64,000 bases of DNA from NCBI RefSeq assembly GCF_030028105.1, contig NC_092379.1, forward strand, positions 27,769,821 through 27,833,820, read 5' to 3'. This document shows, in pieces, positions 49,440 to 63,910 of this stretch; positions within the stretch are counted from its first letter, which is position 1, and each line of letters opens with the position of its first letter. Position numbers and translations under genes: made by a program. The stretch comes from Mobula birostris (taxonomy: Eukaryota). Below the pieces are notes generated by a model that saw only the letters and a program-made list of their open reading frames with translations, ran no database searches and had not been told where the DNA came from.

Positions 49440-52115
49440 ATGTAGAACATTTTCACTGGGATGCTGCCTGGCTTAGAGGAGATGTGCCATCAGCAGAGAT
49501 TGGATACGCTGGGGATCTTTACTCTGGAGCCACGGAGACTGCGGGGCGAGCTGATTGAGCTTTACTATATAAGAGTAATCAAGTTAAATCATGAGTTAAA
49601 ATTGACATGTGGCAAATGTAATACTGCGGTTGTTGTGGGGGATTTCAACATGCAGGTAGACTATGAAAATCAGGTTGGTACTGAACCCCAAGAAAGGGAG
49701 TCTGTGGAATGCCTCAGAGATGGATTCTTAGAGCAACTTGTATTGAAGCCAACCAGGGAAAAGGCAAATCTGCATTTAATGTTGTGTTATGAGCCAGATT
49801 CGATGAGGGTACTCGAGGTAAAGGAGCCATTAGGAGGTAGTCACCATAATATGATAAGATTTAATCTACAATTTGAGAGGGAGATGGGGTAATCGGAAGT
49901 GTCATTATTACAGTTGAAGAAAGATGACTATGGATCCATGAGGGACAAACTGGCCAAAGTTGACTGGAAAGATACCCCAACAGGGCCGACATTAGAACAA
50001 CTATGGCACGTATTTCTGGGAATAATTCAGAAGGTGCGGGATCAGTTCATTCCAAAGAGGAAGGCAGATTCTAAGGGGAGTAAGGGTGCGACCATGGATG
50101 ACAAGGAAGTCAAGGACACAATAACAATAAAAGAGATGAAGCATAACATAGCAAGGATGAGCTGGAAACCAGAGGATTAGGAGACCTTTCAGGAGCAACA
50201 GAAGATAACTAAAAAGGCAATATTGGGGGAAAAGATGAGGTACGAAGGTAAGCTAGCCAAGAATATAATGGAGGATAGTAAAAGCTTCTGTAGGTATGTG
50301 AAGAGGAAAAAAAAAAGTAGTTAAGACCAAAGTTGGGCCCTTGAAGACAGAAACGGGTGAAAGTATTATGGGGAACAAGTAAATGACAAACGAGTTGAAC
50401 AGGTACTTTGGATCTGTCTTCACTGTGGAACACACAAACAATCGCCCAGATGTAATAGTGGCCAGAGGACCTAGGATCGCGGAGGAACTAAAGGAAATTC
50501 GCAGTAGCCAGAAAATGGCTTTGGGTAAACTGATGGATTGATCCGCAGGCCCTGATGGTCTGTATACCAGCACGCTTAAGGAGGTGGATCTAGAAATCGT
50601 GGACGCATTGGTAATCATTTTCCAATGTTATATAAATTCAGGCTCTGTTTCTCCGGATTGGAGGGTAGCTATAGTTATCCCACTTTTTAAGAAAGGAGGG
50701 AGAGAGTAAACAGACAATTATAGACCAGTGAGTCTCACGTCAGTGGTGGGGAAGATGCTGGATTCCATTACAACAAAATAAATAGCAGCATATTTGGATA
50801 GCAGTAGGAGGATACGTCCGAGTCAGCATGGATATACGATGGGGAAATCATGCATGACTAATCTGGAATTTTCTGAGGGTGCAGCTACGAAAATGGACAT
50901 GGGAAAGCCAGTGGATGTAGTTTAACTGGACTTGCAGAAAGCTTTTGATAAGGTTCCATATAGGAGGTTAGTTGGCAAAATTAGAGCACATTGTATTGTG
51001 GGTTGGGCACTGAAATGGATAGAAAATTGGTTGACAGACGGGAAACAAAGTGCAGGAATTAACAGATTCTTTATGAATGGCAGGCAGTGACTAGTGGGGT
51101 ACCGCAAGGCTCGGTGCTGGGAACGCAGCTATTTACGATTTACATTATTTATTTAGATGAAGGGATTAAAAGTAACATTAGCAAATTTGCAGATGACACA
51201 AATCTGGGTGACAGTGTGAAATGTGAGGATGATGTTATAACAATGCAGATTGTCTTGGATACGTTGGCTGAGTGGGCAGATGCATAGTAGTTGCAGTTTA
51301 ATGTGGACAAATGTGAGCGTATCCACTTTGGTGTCAAGAATAGGAAGGAAGATTGCTATCTGAATGGTGTCAACTTAGGAAAAGGGGAAGTACAACGACA
51401 TCTGGGTGTCCTTGTTCATCAGTCACTGAAAGTAAGCATACAGGTACAGCAGGCAGTGAAGAAAGATAATGGCATATTGGCCTTTATAACGAGGGGAGCA
51501 GAGTATAGGAGCAAAGATGTCCTTCTGCAGTAGTACAAGGCCGTGCTACGACCCCACTTTGAGTACAGTGTGCAGTTTTGGTCTCCAAGGTTGAGGAAGG
51601 ACATTCTTCTTATGGAGGGAGTGCATCGTAGGTTCACTGGGATAATTCCAGAGATAGCGGGAATGTCATATGTTGAAAGATTGGAGTGACTATGCTTGTA
51701 TACACTGGAATTTAGAAGGATGAGTGGGGATCTGATTGAAACATATAAGATTATTAAGGGATTGGGCACGCTAGAGGCATGAAACATGTTCCCGATGTTG
51801 GGGGAGTCCGGAACCAGTAGCCACAGTTCAAGAATAAGGAGTAGACCATTTAGAACGGAGTTGACGGAAAAGATTTACACACAGAGGGTTGTGGATCTGT
51901 TGAATGCTCTGCCTCAGAAGGCAGTGGAGGTGAATTCTCTGGATTATTTCAAGAAAGAGTTAGGTAGAGATTCTAAAGATAGCGGAGTCAAAGGATATGT
52001 GACGAAGGCAGGAACAAGGTACTGATTGTGGATGATCAGCCATGATGTCAGTGAATGGTGGTGCTGGCTCGAAGGGCCGAATGGCCTACTGCTGCACCTA
52101 TTGTCTATTGTCTAT
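49440..52115 (+). mobile_element. Degraded CR1 LINE (endonuclease through 3' tail)
   Basis: VVVGDFN (49461-49892), SGVPQGSVLG...FADDT (51087-51287), and a (CTATTGT) tail at about 52099-52115. Confidence 0.85.
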
Positions 52116-52149
52116 TAAGACAGGCACATATAAAGTGGACAGACACTCT

Positions 52150-53640
52150 CCAGGTTTGAAATGTATGACACCAGAGTGCAAGCAATGAAGATGAGACGTG
52201 GAAGGCTCAAGGCGGATAGGAAAGGTAGGCAGTTTACTCAAAGAGCGGTGGATGTTTGGAATGTACTAGCTGGTATATGGGTAGACAGAAATACATTAGA
52301 GGTTTTTAAGAGATATTTGGACAAGCAAAATTATATAATTAAGATCGGGGTGGGGATTTAATTACGGTGTAGGTAAGAAGGATTAGTGTTTTTGTATCTT
52401 TCATTGGCTATTTACCTAGTTCGGCACAATATAATGGGACAAATAGACATTATGTGCTGTACTGTTCGAGGTTCTATGTTCAATGATTCGTTATATCTCT
52501 CTGCTAGGAGATTTCCGAATAGACATTCAACCCATTAATGCTAACCCATTACTTTTGAATTTCTATTTCTCGTGTTACCTCTTCAATATATAATATATAC
52601 TTACTGAAATTTACTGTATTTTCTCGATTATTATGTATTGTGCACCTCTCATTATGTGTAAGCAAGATTAAGGAATGGATGTCGACTTCAGCAGTAAGAA
52701 AGCAGGGGTCTATGAGCCAGTACTCATCGGAGGATTTAATGAGAGGAAAAGATAGTAACTTTAAATTCCTGCGTGTCTCTATCTCAGAGGAACTGTCTTG
52801 GACCTATCATATAATTAAAATTGCAAAGATTACGATTCTATGTCCTTGGGAGTCTGCAGAGCCTAACGACAAGTTTACAACCCCTCTAAGACCACGCTCT
52901 AGAACAAAGGATGATAATTGCAAATATCTATTGAGATGTTTCCACAACGAATGACCTCCTGTTAAGGAACTCATTATCACGATATTTCAACCTCCCGTTA
53001 TTTATTGCTATTGATCTTTATTTGACTCTGCACAGGTTGTTATCTGTTCTGTTCTTGTTCTTTTATTGATGCTGCTTACAATTGTCATTCCATAGATTTG
53101 CTGAGGTTTCACGCAGCAAAATAACCTCAGGGCTATATGTGGTACAGACAGAGTCCAACATATCTGTACTCGGATAATAAATTTTACTTTGAAATCTTGA
53201 TCCTTGTATTGCATTCTGCTGCCGCCGCATAGTTAACAACTTTCACGACATATTTCGTGATATTAAATATGATTCTGATCCTGTTTCTGAAAGGCATATC
53301 ATATGAGGAATGTTTGATGGCACTCGGCCTGTTCACAATATGAATTCAAAAATATGAGTGTGGGGTGATCTTATTGAACCAAATCGAATGTTAAACGGCT
53401 TTCAGAGAATGCGTGTGGAGAGGATGCTGCGTCTGGTTGGGGAGTGTAAGACCAGAGGACAGAAACTTAGAATAGTGAAATGTCGATTTTGAACGGAGAA
53501 GATGAGAATCTATTGAGCCACGGAATGGAGAATCTGTGGAACCCGTTGCCATAGGCAGCTGTGGACGGCAGGTCATCGGGTATACTGAAGGGTGAGGGTG
53601 ATAGATACAGGTCATGATGGTATATTAGGAAAGGGCAGAA
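52150..53640 (+). mobile_element. Mosaic of short CR1 and Rex1 fragments
   Basis: CR1 3' pieces at 52150-52490 and 53280-53640. Rex1-like KFLRVSISEELSWT at 52750-52810. Confidence 0.5.
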
Positions 53641-53759
53641 AATTTGGGTTCTTGGAGAAATAGAACAGAAATAATGAAATAGCTAATCAGACTGAATGGT
53701 CCAAATGGCTTAAATCTGTACTAAGTATATAACGTATGCTTGTGCGACTGAGTTTGAGG

Positions 53760-54137
53760 AACCATTTAATTTGCATTTCTCTGTCAGTCAGTGGGTGCCG
53801 TCCCGAATCCGGGGTTGACGGCTGTGCGGCTCCATCTTTTTCGATCTTGCGACAAACGCCGAATACAGCCTCTCCTCCAGTTTGTTCTCGCTGGCCGCTT
53901 TGGTACCGTCTGCCGACACCTGTCCCCCCCCCCCCACCCCCCGCCCCGAACGAATTCGTGCCCGAGGCCATGTTGTCCTCCAGCTGCGGCAGCTTTTTCG
54001 AGCTCGGCCCTTCCTTAGGCGGAGGCCTTAGGCAGGTCCGGGCACACGGTGCAGCGCTCAAGTTCATCCTGTCTCTTCTAACTAAGTGCACAGCATTCGA
54101 TTCGAAGATACGTGGTGGGGCTTTAATCTCTTCCACG
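53760..54137 (-). other. CpG/GC-rich segment with an unidentified ATG-initiated reading frame
   Basis: High CpG density relative to the surrounding DNA. Strong Kozak context aacATGg at 53971, reading MASGTNSFGAGGGGGG. No family recognised. Confidence 0.3.
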
Positions 54138-57100
54138 TGTCACGTACCCCGTAACTGGGTTGCCAAACCAACAGAAATGACCCACTTAGTTGGAGTCTGG
54201 ATTACTGGAACTCAGAAAGTTTTATTAAAGAAATAAGCAACACAGTACTCTAATCAAAAGGATAATAAATGCAACAGTTCAGCAATTATAAACATGCATG
54301 TACACAGAAATAGGATAATAGGATCAATCAAGCTCTATCGTCGTCTAGGGGTAAATGACCAGTTTCAAGTGACGCAAAGTTCAGTTCAGTTGAGTTCAGT
54401 TCAGTTCACAGTAATCACTGTTGTGTCGTTGGGGGCGGGGGGTGGGGAGAGAGAGAACTAATGAATATTCGAATCGGATTCCAAACAAACCCTCGATATT
54501 CCTCGCAGTCAGCTTTCGGGCGAGCCCTTTGTAATGTCTTCTGATGTCACCGACTGTGACCCCTCCGTTCCAGATACGATCGTTCTTCTGCGGTGAACCC
54601 GGCACCCAGGCAAGGGTGGACACACACACCAGGTTCCCGCCGATCCGTACATTTCTACCCTGTGCGTCTATGGCTGGTACCGCGACCAGACCTCCAAAAA
54701 AACTCCCACCAACTAGTGGGGGTGCACACCGCTTTCGGGGTCTCGTTACCTCGTGGAGTCGTGTGTCTGTTGCCTTTGCGAACCTGTCCATTCTTATTCC
54801 CCTGTTGGGGTATCACCTGTCCATCAAACTTCAAACATTTCAGGGTTCAAAGCCCCGGTCTCTGACAGTACTCGGAACTGTGTCGCTTTTCCGTTAATCC
54901 CTCTCGTCTCTCATTAACATCTCTTGAAGGTTCCCCCATTGTCCTCTTATTGGCATCAATCTTCTGATAACTGGTTCTTTTGGCACACCCCTACACTTCA
55001 AAGGATTTTTACCTAGGTAAAAATATAGTCATGAATACACTATCAGATACACACCAATGTACATGTTTATCAGCTATTCGGCTAATACAGAGACTTTTCA
55101 GTTGTCAACACCTGACAGACAGTCAGCAATCACATTTTCTGTTCCTTTCATATGTGTTACTCTTATATCAAATTCCTGTAGCACCAGACTCCAACTTAGC
55201 AATCTTCTGTTTTTATCTTTAATAGTGGCCAGAAACACTAATGGGTGTTGGTCAGTAAAATTGCCAGTGGTTTTCGCCCCGGACACAGATAACAAGGGTC
55301 ATCCCATACCAACTTAGCATTCTTTAGCAAGGACTTAGTAAGAGGGTGGGTAGCATCCGCAAAGTTGTTTGTTTTACTGCAAAACTTCCGATAGTACCCC
55401 ACTATCTCCAAGAACCTTCTCAGGGCTCTCTTGTCTGTCGGGGTGGGGACTTCAGAGATAGCCAGCACCTTTGCTTGCATCGGAGCCTGCTGGCCCTGTC
55501 CTACCACAAATTCCAGATAAGTGACCTTCGCGCGGCCGAACTCACTTTTTGCGAGGTTCACTGTCAGGCTGGCTTCAGACAGCCATTTAAACAGCTCCTC
55601 TACCGCCATAATGTGTTCCTCCCACTTGTCACTCCAGACTACTACATCGCCAATATACACTTCTGTGTTCTTTAGCCCTTTTGACACTGAATTAATCATT
55701 CTATATGGGTGTTGCTCACTCGGCTGAGCTGACGTGTCAACCACCCCATGTACCGTGATGTTCGGACATCCGTGTACGTGCCGTTTAACTAGCTAGCTTT
55801 GTTCGCGGAGTAAGGGAGAGACCTTATCAGCCAAACTGGCCAAAACGATAGACTTCTCCCATCTAGTCGGCACCACACTTACCTTTTCAAAATGGACCCT
55901 TCCCTTATCAGGTAACACCCTAGCCTCATTAATTTTCATGATATCACCAGCTAGATCTGTTTTCTGATCGTGGTGAGCTTTTAACGTGTTAATAGCCTCT
56001 AACTGTGTTAACTCACGTCTACAATAGTCAATAACATCCATCCCCCTGTGCAGCCAGTAAAACTCTTTCATGATTCCGCCGACTGTTTTCCTTCCCCCAG
56101 AATGTCCACCGAGGGTATCTTGTGGGGCAGGTTAAGAATCTCATCCCCATAAATTTTTGGTACCATCCCCCATTCCTCATCTGCCGGCACGGTACTTGGT
56201 CTCCCTTTCTTCCTTAGCACTCCCTCCTCCACACAATAGCCTACTGGCTCCCTTTTTAATCCTGCTTCAGAGAGAGCTGTCTCCGCCGAAACCATCAGCT
56301 CCTCGTCTCGCACCTGTGCCTGCACAAATTCTTTCCTTTCCAATGATAAATCTACCTCAATGTCCTCACTTCCTCCTGTTTCACTTTCTACCCCCTCCTG
56401 GTACAAGGCTGGTAGAAACGTCTCAGCTAGAGCTATTTCGGCAGTCTTTCTGGACATACGCCAAGTCACTGCGCAAAAGGAATAAACCTGCGAGTCCATG
56501 GGCGGGTCCTCAATGCTGGCAGGCGGGCCTGTCAATTTTACTGCCGGATACACTACCCCGCCGGCGAGGTCATTCCCGAGCAGCATCTCCACGCCTTTCA
56601 TCGGTAATTCGAGCCTCACCCCTATCGTGACGGGTCCAGAGACCAAGTCGCTTTTTAGGTGTATCTGGTGCAAGGGTACTGCCTCAGTTCCTTGCCCAAT
56701 GCCTTTGACCCTGACCTCCCCAGTCTGGGTCTCTGAACTAAACTCTAACACACTCTTTACTGTCAATGACTGACACGCTCCCGTGTCTCTCCAGATCCGC
56801 ACTGGAAGTGGGTTTTACCCCTCCTTCACCGACACCAATCTGGCCGAGATAAACCTCTCGCGCCCTTCCTGAACTTTGTTAGCCCTCTCCTCTCCTAGCG
56901 GGTTGATTACCAACTCAATACAGCCAGTCGAAAAAGCCGCCTTTCCTTTTCCCGTCTCCTTCTTTGGGGCAAAGCACCTGGATGCAAAGTGCCCGACTTT
57001 CCCTCAATTATAACTGGTTCTTTTGTCACACACGGAAGATGGCCGTTGGCTCACAAAGAGCTCATCCGCCCTTTGTCAGGGCTTGATTTTTCAGTCCTGC

Positions 57101-57440
57101 TGGGTGTCCTCACACCCTCCTCACCAGAGCCCTCACTGGTGGAGGAGCCGGCCCAAGGCGCCGACCACTCGACTATGACCCCCGGCCGAGCGCCGGGCGC
57201 CCGCCCCCCGCCAAATCTCTCCGAGCGTCCGGCGCCCGACTGGAAACAAGAGAAAACATTTCCCTGTAATAGGAATATAAACTCTAGGCAATCGCGTAAG
57301 GAATGTTTCAACTTGATTTTACCTAACACGTGAACGATTATTTTATCACGAATAGTGAATTGGTCCCGATTGTTGCCCATAAAGCCATCGCACGGGACAA
57401 GTGGCAATTCCTGATTAAAACTGAAAAGATGCCCGACAGT
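54138..57440 (-). mobile_element. Gypsy-type LTR retrotransposon, truncated (one LTR at 54138-54987)
   Basis: LTR with TG...CA termini and an adjacent purine-rich tract. Degenerate gag knuckle (YN*GKVGHFASRC, about 56965-57015), protease RDTGA (56068-56802), RT (55238-55744, FGRAKVTYL, ALRRFLEIVGYYRKF) and RNase H end WSLVLQEFDIRVTHMKGTENVIADCLS. Confidence 0.85.
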
Positions 57441-57499
57441 TGTGGAGGAATACCACGAACACCCGCACCGTCCCCACCCCCACCCCCACCCCCGATGAT

Positions 57500-58800
57500 C
57501 ATGTGATTTTAGTCTCGAAGAGCGATGTGAGAACAGCCTTCAGGAGGGTGATCGCACGACGGGGGTACTTCGGCTTAACCCAGAACTTAAAAACTTTGCA
57601 GATCAAAGTGCTGGAGTGTTTACTGAGATTTTGAATCTCTTGCTTCAGTAGTATGAGGTACCGAGCTGCTTTAACCAGACTTCCCTGACTCCGGTGCCTC
57701 AGAAGGCAGTGATTCCTGAATGATTATTATCCAGTAACACTGGCATCCACTGTGTTCAAGTAGTTTGAGAAGTTCGTGATAAAACATATCATCCTCTGCC
57801 TGAGAAATGACTTGGATCTGCTCAAGTTTGCTTACCGGTCCACAGCAGGTTCCAGCACATTTGCTCTTCACTCAGTTCTACAACATATAGACAGCACAGA
57901 TTCATATCGTATATCAGGATGTTAATTGTGGAACACATATCAGATTTTATTATCATCATTCGCTCAAAACTAAGCAAGAAGCCTTCAGATCTTGGCCTCA
58001 GTAACTATGTTTTCATTTGAATCCTCGATTTCTTCACTTGCAGACCCCAGTCAGTTCGGATTGGCAAGAGCATCTCTTGCACAATCTCTCGCAGCATAGA
58101 TTACACCACAAGGCGGTGTGTTTAGCCCTCTGTTCTGCTTGATTTACGCTTATGGCTGTATGGCTTGCCGCAGTTCCATTGCCCTGTTAATGGCTGCTCA
58201 CAGCACCACTGTCATCGGCCATATGAAAGGTTATGACGAATCACCAAATAGCAGGAAGATTGAAATTCTGGCTCAGTGCTGCCACAACAATAATCACTTA
58301 TTGAATTCCAGCAAGACCAAGGAGTTGATTATTGACTTTATTGGCCAATCGTTTAGGAAGGATCTGAGCTAGAAATGCTACTTTAAATTCCGTGGTGTGA
58401 TCATCTCTGAACACCTTTCTGGGCCCAGTACGTAAGAGCAATTATGAAGAAAGAATAGCAGCGGATCTACTTCACTTGGAGTTTCCGAAGATTCGGCATG
58501 ACATCAAAGACGTTGAAATACTTCTATCGATCCATGATGGGGAGTATGTTAACTGGCTGCACAGCAGAGTAGTACAGAACACCAATGCCCTAGATCGAAA
58601 AATACGACTAGAAGTATTGGATACGGCCCAGTCCATCACGGGTAAAGCACATCATTGTGTACGTTTACACGAAAGCATAGTCCATCATCAGGGATCCCCA
58701 TCATCGAAGTCATGCTTTCACCTCGCTGCTTCCATTGTGAAGACGTTATAGGAGTGCTAGAGCTTACACAAGCAGGTCCAGGAACTGTCATTACCCCTCA
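57500..58800 (+). mobile_element. Degraded Rex1/Babar-type LINE
   Basis: KSDVRTAFRRV (57440-57634) and WCHNNN-like QCCHNNNHLLNSSKTKELIIDF (58118-58372). Confidence 0.7.
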
Positions 58801-59762
58801 TACATCAGACTTTTTAGCCAAATTGATTCAGTTTGAAGGGCTTTTCATCTCATCTTCTTGATATTTATTGTTTTTTGTTTTATATTCGTCTTTATGTACC
58901 TTGCACAGATTTTCTTTCTTTGTGCAGTGGTTCAACGCGCAAGGTGGTGCAGCCCATCACTGATTTTGTGATGGTTATTATGTTATTATAGATTACTTGA
59001 CTATGTCCACAATAAGTTAAATCTCACGGTTCTATATGGTGATATTTGTGTATTTTGGCTATAGATTTGCCATAAACTTTGTAGTTTGTTTAAGAGACTA
59101 AAATGAGGGTCATCCATTATCAAGGATTGTCGGACCAAACCAGCATGGAAGAGTTGTGTATTCAATGAGGAAGCCATGAGAAATTAAACGTAGTATTGTT
59201 AAAGTGTTTTTAAGGAATGTACATGGCAGTTAAATGGAAGGATAACTGTGTGCCGGCTGTTATTGTGAAACTAGCACCTGCTCAGATGGTTGCGATAATT
59301 GAAGTCAAATGCGCATAATGCATGCCGGCTATGAGGATCACCTTTTAGCTACTGTATTGATGGCAGTCACCGAACTAGTGTAACATCGGTGGACGCAATT
59401 TGTGTGATAAGGCGGAAAACGAGGAATATTCTTCACCTGAAAGCTATAGAACGCGTGAGCTTCATGCGATTGAGAAAAGTGCAACTTAATGAGTTTGATT
59501 TTACAGAGGTAATTTTCAATATTCAATAAGTTTACTATCAAAGTACACATATATATAGTTACTATATGGTATCTTGATAATCGTTTTACTGCGAGTATTC
59601 ACAGGAAAATAAAGAAATGCATCCTGGCCCCAATTATTTACCAGTGGGCTGATACCTCCAGTTACTGAAGAAAACCTCATCCATCACCCACTAGTACCGG
59701 GCTACTACCGGGCTAATTATAATCTAATCTTCCATTAGCCTTTTGATCCGATGAAAACCAAC

Positions 59763-60321
59763 TGTCAGGGTGCTGGAACAGGGATCCAATCGCCGGTCCG
59801 GTACTGTGCACACAGTGATATTAATTAAGTAACAAATCCTGACCAAACAAATTCTCCGTCAGAGTTCAGGCAGAGAGCAAGACATCCAGAGAAATCCAAA
59901 AATCATAATCGGGAAAGATGCAGAGTCGATATTCAGAAGGACAGCGTCCATACCCGGGGACAAACAATGTCGGTGTCAAAGTTCAGGAAGAGATCAAAAC
60001 ATCCAGATAAATTGAAGAACCATAATTAAGAAACAGGCAGTGTCGATATTCAGACGGACAGAGTACAGATATGAATGCTGGAAAGGCCCAGGGAAATTCA
60101 CTGCTACAATCTGGCATCAAACAGGTGAAAACATAGGACTGTAATACACTGAATAATAAACAGAGAAGCAGATGATAGGTGGAGCATAATGAGACACAGG
60201 TGTCAACAATACAGATAATACTGAGAAACAGATGAGAGGTGGGATACTCGATAATACAGTGGCCGGATTAGAGCAGGGGCACGGACAGGAGCACATGGCA
60301 ATACAAAACCACACACTGACA
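59763..60321. repeat. Solo-LTR-like repeat with an internal direct repeat of about 118 bp
   Basis: Termini TGTCAG...CTGACA. The motif gttcagg(c/a)agaga..aa(g/a)acatccaga occurs at about 59863 and 59981. No TSD found. Confidence 0.45.
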
Positions 60322-63300
60322 GCTAGGAGGGGAATCACACAAAAGATTATTTACATTCTTCGTTACTCCAATAGTTCAGTCACTCATAATTTGCGACGCA
60401 TAAGATCATACAGAAGGTCTCGACCTGTACATAGTCTCCCGAAATATGCATACGTCTTCCGTCTCAGGATAACTCCAGCCATATAAAATCTCACTGATGC
60501 TCGCTGGAGTGCAGCCCCCTGCCTATTTACGCACTCTTCTGCTTTAGCAATGACTTTGCAGAGCCATGCTCCAGCCCCCACCGCCCTTCCCCGAACCTAA
60601 CTTGCAGTGGAGATGAAGTATTTAACTCTGGTAAAATTTGGGCATTTTCCTCCCCGTTTTTCCATAGTTAAGAGGACACAGAGGTCAGATCTGTGTACTT
60701 GTTGTCATTAAAGCACTCAATAAGATCCTCAATTCCTCATCATCATTAATTCGCATGCCTTCCTAGAATGTAAGACTGATTTCCTACATTTCCTTATTTT
60801 TTGTTATTTTCTTCAACGTAAAAACTGTGGTTGATATTCACCAAAAATGTTCACGATTTTTTTTAATATTTTAGGCACAGATGGATACCTAGTTCTGCAT
60901 TGGAACAAATTCTACCTTTACCTCACTTTTTCTCTGCACATACCAGAGAATTAATTTGAATGTTGCTTCGCGTCTCAAGCTAGAAAAGTCCAATATTTAA
61001 TTTACGCCAACCTACTTATGTCCTACATGCCCTCTTACCCTTTATCTGGTCATAAAACGATTTATCAGATCCTAACAGCATTGGTATAGTGTAACCATTT
61101 TTAAAACAATATCTCATTGACCTTGGTGTATCACTGCTCGCTAAACCCATCACTCAACAGGCAGAAATAGGTCCCCAGTTCTTCACATCATATTTCCTCC
61201 CATTATGACGATAGCTCTTCTCCAGCATACAATCCCGCCAGAACAACCACTGCAATGGCTCTAAGATTTGTTCCGTTGCGGTTCAGGGCCTTAACCTTTG
61301 AAATGGCCGTTGCTCTCTGCCTGACGGACTTAAAGTATTCGCACTTCGAATTGTGATATGATGACACATTCGTTATTAGTTGGACAGCATTATAACGGGT
61401 TGCACTTCCGACACGTGTGGAGGGGCCAATGCACTATATTGGGAAATGTTGTAGAAAGTTGTAAATCCTGTCAAGTCCGTCACGGATACTTGTTTCCACA
61501 ACATCCAGGACACTTTCAAAAGCCGATTCCTCAAAAAGGCAGCAGCCATCTTAAAGAAACACCATCATCTGCGTCATGTCATTTTCTCGTTACTGCCATC
61601 AAGGAGTTATCGGATCCCAAAAATACATACTTAACTTTTGAGGAACAGCTTCTTCCCCTGAATAGATAATAAACGTAGAAAGACTACCTCAGCATTTTCC
61701 CCATGTTTCTGCACTACCTTTTTTTCCCCTTTTTATAACAAAATTCTGACTGTAATTTATAGTTTTATGATAATATTTGTAATGTAATGCTGCAGATAAA
61801 CAACACATTTCGCGACGTAATAAACTTGATTCGGAATTAGATTCTAATGTTATGACATCTGCTTCTACCCGAAGTGCAGTTTCTCTGCGGTTACACAAAC
61901 TCAGTCACTGCAATAAAACTGGTTCTTTGATATCTGTGCTTTGCAAATAACTTGGAAAGCAATTCTAAGGGAATGTACTAATAATTGTGCAAGTACACTG
62001 GAGCGATAGAGTTCAGGAAGGCATTGCTTCCTTGACTTGATCTTCATATTCATATTTCCATGGCATGTGCCACACTCGCAAAGAGCCTGGACCACATTGG
62101 CTTTTGAAATATAAATCAAGATGTAATTTTCGAGTTATATTGTTTAGAAGATGCTCTGCTGTTGTTTCTGTAAAGACCAGTCGTAATAACAAAATGGATT
62201 GATTAAAATAACCCGGAGCTGAGGACTTATTTGGAATACAAATTCACAGGAAGGTAGTCTCCTACTCCACAGGTTAAATTTAGAGGTTGAATTAGGAAAT
62301 TCTGGTACGATATTTAGAAATATAAGAAATTCTCTCCTACGTGCATTCGGATAGAAACTGATGTTAATGTAGCTTGTTATCTCTCACATTGGGGTCATTG
62401 TCTGATCAGTGGAAACTCATGGATGTTTATCAGAAGCTTATTTTCTCATATATCCGTACAAACCATTTCAAACCATCCAAAACAATATGCTGAATACATA
62501 AAACTAATAATTTCTTGCATCGTAAAATTACTAGAATTGGGAAAACAGTGAAGCGGACTATAGCCTATGAAGTTCAGGGTGGTGAAATGTCGTGCATTTT
62601 CGTGGAGGATTGAAAAGTGCAGCTAACTATCGTTTGAATATTCTCAAAACCTGAATGCACGCACTTCATTAAATGTGGCGGGACAGTTCGAGAAAGGAAT
62701 CATACCTAGATGTTGGTTTTAACACGGTGTAATCGTAAATAAGAGCAAGGATGTAACGATTAAAATTGGAAACGGAATGATAAAGCTACCGTTGTTACAA
62801 TGTGTTAAATTCATGTCTCCAGAATATTGCAATAAATAGGATCTATAGGAGATTCGTGTGTGTTGATGCAAGGAAAACCGACGATGACCTCAATCCATTG
62901 CTTGGGAAAACAGAGCACTGAATTATGATATGTGCAGTCTGGACAGAATAGATTTTGTTTTTTTTGCTATCACCGTTGGAAGTTCAAAATGTAATGAAGA
63001 AATAAAGATTTTTTTTTTTGCTGTGACGAACTTAGAATGGAACGAAACGCTTGAAGAAGACGATGAGTCAGAGTTTATTGGCCAAACGCAGTTGCATAAC
63101 ATGTGATAGATTGTTTTTTTTTAATATGGAGGTGTGAAGAGGTGTCCAGTCTCAACTGAGTAGATTTTGCTAGAGAGTGGCTTTGCAGACATAGAGTCAA
63201 ACAGGCATAGACATGTAGAGCACAGAAATAGGCATTTTGCTCCACCTAGACCGCGCAGAACTATCCAAACTGTCTGCTCTCATCGAATTTCACCGGAACC

Positions 63301-63429
63301 ATCGCCCTCCTGGATTTCGACAATTAGTCACTATATCCAATCTATTTACTCAAACCCAAAATATTCCCAGGGAAAGCTAATCTGAATGGTTCTTCTATGA
63401 TCGGAATTTTGAAGGATAATTTAACTTTC

Positions 63430-63910
63430 TTCTTCGAAAACACCCATTGATAGCTGAAGGTTCCAGGATAACTCCCATTCCCCTTCCTTCCAACGAAAGG
63501 GTTAGCTATCGGCAGTTGCATGGGTCCCAGCTATGTCTGTCCGTTTATCGGCTATGTGAAACAATTTATGTTCCAAGCCTACATCGGTGACCAAGCCTCA
63601 CTTTTCCTACGCTGCACGGACGACTGCATTGCTGTTATATCATGCACCCGTCGACTACATCCACTTTCTCCTCTTTCACTTCACCTCATCAATCAGCAGC
63701 CCAGCTCTTTAACCCAACCGCCACCCCCACCCCTTACAGGTTTCACACATATGGTTGTCTTCTCTCCCATCCCTCCACCACTTGAATCTACTTCTCAACT
63801 ATTTTCCTCCAGTCCTACGGAAGGGTTTCGGCCCGTACTTAGACTGTTTTCTTTTTTCTTTTCCATAGATGCTGCCTGGTCTGCTGAGTTTCTTTAGCAT
63901 TTTGTGCGTT
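63430..63910 (+). mobile_element. Penelope-like fragment with decayed hammerhead motif
   Basis: MGPSYVCPFIGYVKQFMFQAY...FLRCTDD (63520-63897), and cagtc-ctacgga-agggtttcggccc-gtactta-gactg at about 63810-63846. Confidence 0.75.

Noticed and set aside
61132-61420. EELGTYFCLL followed by AGCAGTG-ATACA, V-like
   Set aside because: The pseudo-heptamer is 22 nt from the Cys, there is no nonamer, and no WxxQ motif.
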